From assembly GCA_051294375.1 (NCBI GenBank), contig CM119263.1:6983645-7047644 (forward strand): a stretch of DNA of 64,000 nt, read 5' to 3'. Both the position numbers and the translations under genes were made by a program. The stretch comes from Paraspadella gotoi (taxonomy: Eukaryota > Animalia > Chaetognatha). This document shows, one piece after another, positions 54,797-64,000 of the stretch. The notes beneath the pieces are model-generated. The model saw only the letters and a program-made list of their open reading frames with translations. It made no database searches and was not told where the DNA came from. Within the stretch, counting starts at the first letter, position 1; every line of letters begins with the position of its first letter.

Positions 54797-57700
54797 CTGT
54801 GTACTCTCTCTCTTTCTCTCTTCCTCGTTATTCACGAGCCTCATCAGTATTCACTGGGCTTTAAAACTTCCGTGAGCTCGGTTGCCATTGTTTATTGTTT
54901 TACTGTTTCTTCCCATGAGTTTCCTTTGTTTTTATTGTTTTTCTCTTTCGAGATTTTTCTCCGCTCGAACTCGCGGTTATACTCTGCTATTTTCTTTCAC
55001 ATTCACTCATGAAAACTAATAAAACAGTTTGACTCACATAGACAAGTTCACAACGATGCTTATTTTGTTCAACGTCCGTCCAAGTATATTTTGGCATAGT
55101 ATTTGTTTATTGTTTTACTATTTCTTGGCTGGAAACCGTTTCTTACCGAAACATTTCGTTTCGACCCCCGGACTTTACTGGACCCTTGGGGGCAATAGAA
55201 CCGAGAGGACGGGTAGGTTGGGGCAGGGGAGGCGAGGCGATGTGAAGGTGAGGTCGCTGCCGCACGAACCCAGGTAAGTTAAGCCGAGCGAAAGAAAAAG
55301 ATCGGTGGGTGAAGTCCAGGAGGTTTTGTGAAGTGAACGATAGATCGGAGAAGCGAACTCGGGTCATGTGAATCGGTCACTGATGTCGATTCTGGTCTCG
55401 GTCAAAGTTTTGTGAAAGAAAATCCAGGGTCGAGATTCCTTGATGACGATAATGTTGGTGATGATTGTGATGACATGGACGATGATAATGATGAAGTTGA
55501 CAATAAAAGAATTTAACTTGTATTATGTTTACAGAAAGGAACTTGTGTTGTATAGATGTTCTCTCTATTTCCAGATGACAACACTAACAGTAACATCCCT
55601 CTCCCCATTACACTATAAAAGAATATACTTTATATAAAGAATATAATTAAAACTAATACATGGTGCAATATATAAAAATTTTACATTTTTGACATTTATT
55701 TTTAAATTTCATTGAAAAAATTTAAAGTTTAATATAGTAAAACAAGTAACTTGCAATCATTCAAACTCAAAGACAATGATAATGATGAAGTTGACAATGA
55801 AAAAAATTTGGCAGATCGATGAAAGGTTATGAATTCAAAAAAATTCAACTTTTTTAAAAAACTTTTTTAACTTCAAAAAGAAAAAAAAGAAAAATTCGTT
55901 TGGTTCTGGTTCCTTTTCGGTTCCATTTCTAGTTTTCGGTTCTTATTTTTCATTTTTTGTTTCCGGTTAATAGTTTTTTTTTCCCTGTGTAATAAGGTTT
56001 AGTTATTTCCAATTGAATCCCTAACTAATATTATTTATAGTTTTCATTTCCGCAACATTAAGCAACTAATAATAGGACCATAAGGCATAACACCAAAGGG
56101 TACAAAAAGGAGAAGAAATGAAACAAGCTATTTGAAATATTGTGCAATAGTTAAGTTTGAGAAAGAAAAAGAGATAGAGATGGAGAAAGAGACAGAGAGG
56201 GAGCCTGTCAACACAACCTCAAACTCACGAATTCCGATCTTGTTCGAATGAAATTTCTTTTCTTTCTTTTCGTTTTGCCCATTCCTCCATTTTTTTAGGC
56301 CAAAATGAGAGAAAGAGAGAGAGAGAGATTAGGAGAGAGACAGAGAGAGAGTCCTTCGCGTTTCCCGTCAGGGTTGGGCTAAAGTTTCAGACAAAAAAGA
56401 AGACAAAGCTAGTTTCTTTTTTCGTCAGCTTTGTGTCTATTATCTATTAATGTTACACTTTCAGCTTCAATCGGGCGAGATAATGGATACAGATGTTTAT
56501 AGATGGAATCTGATATTCTCTCACTAACACACGCAAACATGATTTGTCACTATTTGAACAAAAAAAAAGAAACGATGTTGTTCAATGTTCATAGAAAATT
56601 CCAATGTTGTCACACAGAGAGAAATAAGTACAAGAAAAAATACTAGTTTTAGAAAAACAAAAAACTTCGAGGCGCAAAAATTTTGATAAAAATTACCCAA
56701 AAAAGTTTAATCTCTAATAAAAAAAAGAATATTGAGCAAAGGTGAAGAATGTGGAGCGTGGACCGAAATGGAGCAAAGAAGCAATTGAGTCTCTGATGAA
56801 TTTCGCGACCGCGTGACGAGTCGAACTTTGTGAAGACTGGGAAGTTTATGGGGTCATGACTCATAAGTGAATGAAGAAAGGAGGTGGGGGGGGGAAGTCT
56901 TTGATGGGTGAGAAAGGGGTCCGGGGTCATCACGAATAAGAGAATGATTGAAAGGCTGAGTTTAGATAAATGTGAAAAGAGCCTGGGGATATATATGACG
57001 AATAAGTGAATAGTATACGACGTATGTATTGTGCAAAAGGAAAATAATCGATGAACATGAGATAAAACTGAGAAAATAAAATAATATCAGCATTGGCTAA
57101 TACCTTCCAAAGCTTTCTTTAAAGTTATCATTAATAATTTCAGCGTTCGATTTTATTTTTATCTCCGCGCTTAATTCCTTTCCAACATTTCAATCACTCA
57201 TACAGAGAAAGATTCATTCGCACGCGTTGAGAGTGAAATTGGCATTTGATGTCAACCATCGCATCGCCTCCCGCGCTTAACTTTAACTAATTATCCATAT
57301 AATGATATAGAGTTAGAATAAACTTTTAAGAAAATGCGGAATTTCACGGAATTATATACCGAGTCTGAAATTTCTCAACACTCGACCAACTTCGAGGATC
57401 GATCATTTCCTTTCGAATCTGCGGGGGAAAAAATTCTCGAAAACTTGATTCTCGAATGATTTCGTCGCACGAGGGACTTTTTAAAGATCAAGATGACTCA
57501 TTATAAAAAATAACATAAAAATAGTCTTGAGTCGTGAGTCTTGAGTCTTGATCCAAAGCCTGTCCAGTGTCCAGAGTCAGGGGCAAGATAGCTTATTTAT
57601 TATTGTTTTTTTTTTTTAAACAAATACAATTTTTTTCTCGACTAGGAATTAATTGATGACGTTAGAGGATCTAAAGTCAAGATCCTTGATACTTTTAATG

Positions 57701-58446
57701 AACAATAATTTATTCAAAACAATTCGATTGGCCGGCCTTCTCGGCCGGCGCGATCAATGTATCCAAGCGCACTTGAGAAAACCGGGTGGAACTTCCTCCT
57801 GTTGCACGGATCCCTAGATCACGTGATTGAGTTGGACAAGACGCAATCAGTAACGTGAATCATAAGATCTGGGCGCCTGGAGTTCCAAATCAAAATAAAA
57901 CTTTAAACTTTTGTGGTCAGATCTTTAGTTCCTCTTAAGGATTATTTTCTTTAAATTGTATTCTTTCGAATCTTTCGGTTTCAAGTAAAGAATAAAAGGA
58001 TCGACAGATCCTTTCTCTCTCTGGACCGACAACGAAAGAGAATTTTAAGAAAACAAATGAACTTTTAAAATTGTAATACTTAAATGAATATTTCTCGTAA
58101 ATATTTTGTTCAAATGTTCATTTTCGTATTCAACTTGCGTCATATAATTTTTATGTTATCTGCAAACAAGTTTTAAAGACCAAATTTTTATCTGCCAGTT
58201 TAACAGGTTTTAGTTTACTCAAACTTAAAAAAGTAAAAAATCAAAGAGACAGAAAATTCGATTAATCATTTTAAGTAAAAAAGCGTGGGATCATTAAGAA
58301 CTTCCCTCTTCTCATCACATTATTTTTTAAAGCTTCGTATAAAAAATCAAAACGATAATTTAAATAATAAAAATAAATACAAAATTACATAAAAAGCCAC
58401 AGCTGAATGTGTCACCCGTATTCTGATTCAAAGACAGATGTTTTAA

Positions 58447-58480
<34 letters not shown>

Positions 58481-58729
58481 CTCTCTGCTCTCTCTCATCT
58501 CTCTCTCTCTCTGCATCTGCTCTCTCTCTGCACAAAAACATATCGTTTCCTATCAGCAAAGAAAATTGTATTTAATTCCCTTTGAAAGTCTCATTCAATG
58601 ACACAATCCCAATAATCGCTGAGTGACTTGGAACTGATCGTCGGAGCCAACGCAGCCGTCAACCGTCCAACACCTTCGTCGCCACCACATCCAACACCAC
58701 TCAAGTCTCAAAGCCCAACAACTTTCACA

Positions 58730-61512
58730 ATGTCGACCCTTGGCCGATTTTTCGACGACGACGACGACGACGACCAACGACGTCAGCTTCATGGAAGCGC
58801 CAATCACGACTACGGCAGCATCAACGGATCCGTCGGCGTCGCAGGAAGGGGCGCCGGCGACTCCGTGGTGGGCGTTGACGGCGCCACGAATCCTAGACTC
58901 GTCGATCGAGATCCCGTCGACGGAGAAGTAAGAAATGGAATCTGTACCGACTCCCAAATGAGATTTTAAGTCTCAGTTCTTATGGGAAATCCTTAAACAT
59001 TTTATTTTTTTATTTTTAATAGTCTAGTAATAAAAGTAAAACTACCAAATACCATGTTTATCGTCGATTCTTAAACTTCGTGAAAAATGAAAATGAAAAA
59101 TTAAAATCTCTGCTATGATTTTAAATGACCAATGATCAAATTGATCATATTCTTCGCTTCTCAGAACGCCTTATTTTGCTACGACTGTTCCCAGCGGCTC
59201 TGCGTGGACTGTCAGCGGGTTTTGCAGGAATTGCGCCGCAGGGACGCAGAGTGCAACGCCCTCTATCAAATTTCCCCCCTCGGCCTCGCTATAAGGAGAA
59301 TGCCGGCGCTATTGATCACTATGGTCCTGGAACTCATGGGTGAGGATTTTAGGATGATGATTGTGAAATATCTTCTTGTATTTCACGCTCGCGACGAGGC
59401 GTTCGAGCGTTCGAGGCGTCGTCCGTCCCTTGCGAGTTTAACGTAGGCTTTTTATGAATCTTTTCTGAATCATGAGGAAATTTAATGAATGCAAAGTGGC
59501 GATGAAGGTTTAGAAACTTATTTGTATTTATGTCCATAAAAATCCCGTGAAACTTAAGTTGAGGACGGGCGATGCTACTTTAGAAAGCCATAAAAAACAA
59601 ACTAAATATTTATCTTGAGTCTCCGCAAATTATGACAAAATATCGACAAAAGATTCGACAAATAACCAGAAAAACGATTTGGCCGAACTCGTGAGGACAA
59701 ATAAGTACGGTCAAAAAATAAGATTTCGGCCGAGAGAGGAAAAGACTTACTGAGGCGATCCATAATAGTTTAAAATGATGATGGCCGAAAGACACAAATG
59801 AAGTTGGAGCTTATTGTTATTATTTTTTTTTCTTTTTTTCTTTCTTTCTCTCTTTCCTTCCTGCTTCTCTTCCTTCCTTCCTTCCTTCCTTCCTTCCTTC
59901 CTTCCTTCCTTCCTTCCTTCCTTCCTTCCTTCCTTCCTTCCTTCCTTCCTTCCTTCCTTCCTTCCCGCCTTCTTTCCTCCCTTCCTTTTTCAAGGCGGCA
60001 TCATCGTGGCTTTACTCTCAAAGACGCTGGAACACTTTATTCTCATCGCTTCTTTCATGCCCGTCATTTCTGCGCTCAGTGGAAACCTCGGCCTTCAAAC
60101 CTCTTCCAATGTCACCAGGTGTGGACGGGGGATGGGCAGGGGGTTTAAAGCGTGGGCGTGATGTCGGAGCTGAGGTTTTGGGGTCAGGGGTTCGAGCGTC
60201 TGCTTGACTAAAGTGGATGTTTATTGAACGATTGGCCGAACTTTATCGCAGAGGCTTGTCCACCGGAAACGTGGAACGGAGTCAGTTTTGCGCTACAATT
60301 CGAAAAGAGATTCTGTCGGGACTTTTATGCTCCATCGCCGTCGCCATTATTTTGGGATCCACGGGTAAGAAAAATTAAAACAAACAATTGTAACTGAAAT
60401 TTAAAATAATAGTACTAAGTCTAAGAGAAAGACTAAAATTAAAACTAAAATAAAAACTAAGTCTAAAACTAACACTAATACTGAATCAAAAAGAAAAACG
60501 TAGAAAAGAAATCATTTTCTGAATGCTAAACTTTTAGGAATTATTATGTTAGATTATGTTATATTATGTTCCATCATCTGAATCTTTCGTCGTCCCAGGT
60601 CTCGTTTGGTCCCACTTGTCCAATGATGCGGCTCATTTGAGAGATGAAATTCCGAATTACTCCCTCATTTTCGGCGGCGTCATCACGTTGGGTGAGTCCT
60701 GACAAACTTGACAACTTAGTGTAAGACAAGTTTTTCTTTCTTCTAAACGAAACTTTCAACTTTAGTTTATCATTAAGATCGAAAACGTTATTTATTCAAT
60801 GTTTTAATCTGAGTAGTATCTTAACTCTCGCCCACGCTAACTCAACTAACCCTCTTCTAGCAACGAACCGCTCCAAGTCAAAAACGTTAACAAGCTAATA
60901 AAACTTTTAGCTTACAAGTTCATTTTCCTCCGCCAGGGACGCTGCTCTCAATGATGATCAGTTCGACGAACGGAACTTTGACTCCGATGGGCGCCTATTT
61001 GGTCAAATTGGATCCAGCCAAAATCGCCGGGCCCTTGGAGACCGCATTTCAAGTTAGTTTATCTTGTTATATATTTCATTTATGATATATTAATATCTTT
61101 GTTTGACAGATCTAAAAACATATTTAAAAAAAAAATTAATTTTAAATTTTAACAAATTGATCTGCCTAAAACAGAAATCCGCAGCAATTTGTATGTACTT
61201 ATGAAAATTTTGATATTTAAATAGTAGACTTCCTTACTGAACATACACGTATTTCAAAACTATAAATAATCCTGTTGTTGTCATTGAGAAAAGAAAGAGA
61301 GAGAGTAAGATCTAAGTGCATATATCATTGCCCTTACCAGTGGGTAAGTCACCTCCCCTTTTCCAACTCTTTCAATTCAGGACATCGCGGGTCAGAGTTT
61401 TCTTCTGGGTCTCGCGACTCTCATCATGGTTCCGCTTATCCCGACGACGTCGCCGCCGACGACTGCGGCGTCAATGACCACTTTTGACCCAACGTCTCAC
61501 CTCTTGTCTTGA
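58730..61512 (+). CDS. mgtE: MgtE-family Mg2+/divalent cation transporter with a single bacterial-type 5-TM domain, 7 exons (316 aa): 58730-58927, 59165-59339, 59995-60118, 60252-60364, 60599-60691, 60937-61052, 61381-61512
   Basis: All six introns are GT-AG with compatible phases (0,1,2,1,1,0), giving 951 nt with no internal stop. TM1 RRMPALLITMVLELMGGIIVALL; TM2 FMPVISALSGNLGLQTSSNVTRGLSTG (P-x6-GNxGxQ...RGL); TM3 KEILSGLLCSIAVAIILG; TM4 FGGVITLGTLLSMMISSTNGTLTP; TM5 LDPAKIAGPLETAFQDIAG (DPA...GP...D with the MgtE Mg2+-binding Asp). The start codon is inferred. Confidence 0.9.
59870..59965 (+). repeat. (CTTC)n tetranucleotide microsatellite in MgtE intron 2
   Basis: About 23 perfect units ending ~30 nt before the exon-3 acceptor AG (59993-59994). 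Confidence 0.95.
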
Positions 61513-62061
61513 TTTGTCGTCGTCGTCGTCGTCGTCGTCGTCGTCTTTTGTGATTAGACTAATGGCAATTGCAAAATATATTTCTCATTCTTGTAAAAAA
61601 ATCTATAAGACATCACATTATTTTTTTTGGGACTCTCAGTCAGATATTAATCAATGAGTTACGAATGGATAAAAAACATATCAACAAGAAATGAATCTAA
61701 CACACAAAAAAAAACAAAAAAAAACAAAACAAAAAACAAAAAACTATTGGCAAAAATCTGCGCGACAGGTTTCTGATGGTGACCGAATTCTTTGCTAAGA
61801 ATATCGATTTTTTTTTCGGCTCTCTTCTTTACTGCATTATTCCCTCATCTTTTTTTTTTCTCATATAAAAATTTTGTTAAGAAAAAAAATAAACGATACG
61901 TAGAATATACGACCTGATTCTTTTATGTTCGGTAAAATTTTTGCGGCGAAAAAGAGATTCAACAAAACCGCGAGATCGTTACGTGATAAAAATATCTACA
62001 ATATCTGAGTCGTTTTAACCATCCGATCTTTACCCACAATACCCATCCTCGGAAAACTCAC

Positions 62062-62246
62062 GCGCAACTTCCAAAGAGGCGTTCCTGCTCCGAACTTCCC
62101 CGTGTCGGTTCTTGGCCTTGCAGAAGTAAGTCCCAGTGTCGGCATTGGCCTCTTCCTTGGCCTTTTTGGCATGTTTGACGTGGAGGAAGAAGAGAGAACC
62201 GTCGGGCATGATCATGCGGTGCGATTGGGGATCTTGGTCGGTGGTG
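62062..62246 (-). CDS. robo: Roundabout receptor, internal exon encoding the C-terminal half of Ig domain 1
   Basis: Bounded by TCTTCCAG| and |GTGAGT on the minus strand. It translates TTDQDPQSHRMIMPDGSLFFLHVKHAKKAKEEANADTGTYFCKAKNRHGEVRSRNASLEVA, matching the Robo Ig1 signature DPxSHRxxLPxGSLFFL...DxGxYxCxAxN..G...S.NASLEVA. Confidence 0.9.
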
Positions 62247-63228
62247 CTGGAAGACGTGGGGTGAGAGAGGGGGTTTAGGGGGTTTATGGGGTGGGTGGAG
62301 GGAAATTAAGGGTGGTTTAGTCAATCCTTAATTAAAGGTAACAGAATTTCACTTAATTTCGCTGCTTCTCAAAAATACATCCAATACGAATTATCCTTTC
62401 TTGGTTAAAACTATTTCATTATATAGTCAATAGCTAATTCAGTAAAATATATTCCCAAACTGTAATTAGAAGAAGCCACAAGAGCCACAAGAACGGTGAC
62501 ATACGGGTCATGAGCGTCATAAATTAATAATATACGGGTCACGAATCAATCCCGGCTCAAGGACGTGAAGAGAAAAAGAAGCAAATCGGGAAAAGAAGAA
62601 AAAAGTGACACTGAGACGAAAATTCTCAATTGGCAAAACCTGGCAAAAACTGCCTACAACTGAGGTCATTGTGACTGTTTTTCAGTTCTGATTCACGGAT
62701 GGAAAAATGCTTTGGATCACGATCACTTTAATAGTGTTTAAAGTCAACATACGTTTGAAACATCGGTAAAATTGTTACTGTAACGCACTGGAAGAGAAAA
62801 CTGACATCAATATAATAAAAAGTGCACATCAAGTATATAACTTAAGGCGAAAAATCCCATTAACATCCAGGGGTTTCTTTCTTTCTCTCTCTCTCTCTCT
62901 CTCTCTCTCCCTCGTCTGAGATCTCGTCCAAATGAAGATAGAGGATCTTGTTTTCCTCACATTCACAACCGCGTCGCGAGTCGCGAGTCGTGAACCAGGG
63001 ATCGGGAAAGGAAACGTGAATAAAAGGGAATAAAAACGACATGAAGATTATATAAAAATAGTAGTAGAATAATATTATAATGTTATAAATCGTGACATAC
63101 GACACCTTACGTATAAAAATGCTCCCTCTTTTCTTTTAAGTATGTTATTTATGAAGGCCGAATTCGATTTCTCGTTCTCTCTCTTCGTGGGAACAATTCC
63201 CCCCGCCTTCAGCGAAGCCCCAACAAAA

Positions 63229-63267
<39 letters not shown>

Positions 63268-63425
63268 ATTTTCTTAATTCGCCGAATCAGCGATTAAATA
63301 TAAATAACTATTAAGAGAAAGAAAAATTTTTAACTGGTTTCGCTCTGCTTGATAAAGTTGCTAAAAATAGTTTATTCGGAATGTTTGTGACTGGGTTTGC
63401 TTTTGTGCGGGTAAATGTGGGAGAA

Positions 63426-63494
<69 letters not shown>

Positions 63495-64000
63495 AGAGAG
63501 GAGTCCTGAGCCTGGCAAATGTCTTCAACCTTCAAAGGTTCTTTCTCTTTTTTTCCTACATCGGGTTAATTACGACTCAAGAAACGACGCACGGCTTCCA
63601 CCACGCCCATTTCTCCGCCGCGCCGGTTTTTTTCAAACCGGCGTCTTTTCCACACCGACGCCCATTTCTCTTAGGCGGCGCCGCGCGCCCGTTCCAGGAC
63701 GGCGCCCTTTTCACTCCGCGCCCATTTTATGAGTTAGTGCAACGCGGGGCGCAGATGGCAACCGGATCGAGTCTCTAAACCTCGAAGCGCTGAGGTCTTA
63801 AAACCCTCGCTGAGTTCTCGCGGCTACAAAGAGAGAGAGAGAGAAACACACACACATACACACAAAACAACGTTAACATTAACAGCATCAACAGCAACAA
63901 CAGCAAACAGTCGAAGCAGCAACGGAGAGACGATGTAAAGAGCCAATGTTGAGATCGAAGTGGTGATTTGATATAAATCTTTAATGTCCAATTTATTGTC

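Noticed and set aside
55143-55440. Candidate next robo exon (minus-strand GTAAG donor near 55146)
   Set aside because: None of the three frames gives an Ig2-like sequence, and stops occur after the candidate acceptor.
57730-57750. GC hairpin GCCGGCC-TTCTC-GGCCGGC as a Helitron 3' end
   Set aside because: No CTRR terminus at the expected distance and no 5' TC end identified. An isolated 7-bp stem is insufficient.
58730-61512. Bacterial contaminant explaining the MgtE similarity
   Set aside because: The gene has six spliceosomal GT-AG introns, host-type microsatellites inside the introns, and contiguity with a robo exon.

Overview
Eukaryotic (animal, probably invertebrate) draft-assembly scaffold. 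It is AT-rich, dense in (GA)n, (GAC/GTC)n and (GAT)n microsatellites, and has eight N-gaps, four of exactly 25 N. About 19 kb (2587-4417 and ~19089-36254) is insertion-riddled long-read fill that largely re-copies neighbouring sequence, so ORFs there are not credible. Three protein-coding genes can be read by hand. (1) A 4-exon L-xylulose reductase (DCXR)-like SDR, + strand, 2483-5633, with exon 1 split by a gap artefact. (2) A complete 7-exon gene, + strand, 58730-61512, encoding a ~316-aa protein with a single bacterial-type MgtE 5-TM domain rather than the usual animal SLC41 double domain, plus an N-terminal YGSI motif and a CxxC-x4-CxxC cluster. (3) One exon of roundabout (robo) Ig1, - strand, 62062-62246; because robo runs leftwards, the MgtE gene is probably nested antisense in a robo intron. 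Mobile DNA includes a decayed BEL/Pao LTR retrotransposon (-, ~45400-51050) and a ~1.9-kb foldback-type element with satellite-built inverted arms. There are also two strongly base-paired GC islands (~6254-6590 and ~39721-39990), a tRNA-Leu 3' fragment and several minisatellites. All calls come from manual reading; no searches were run.
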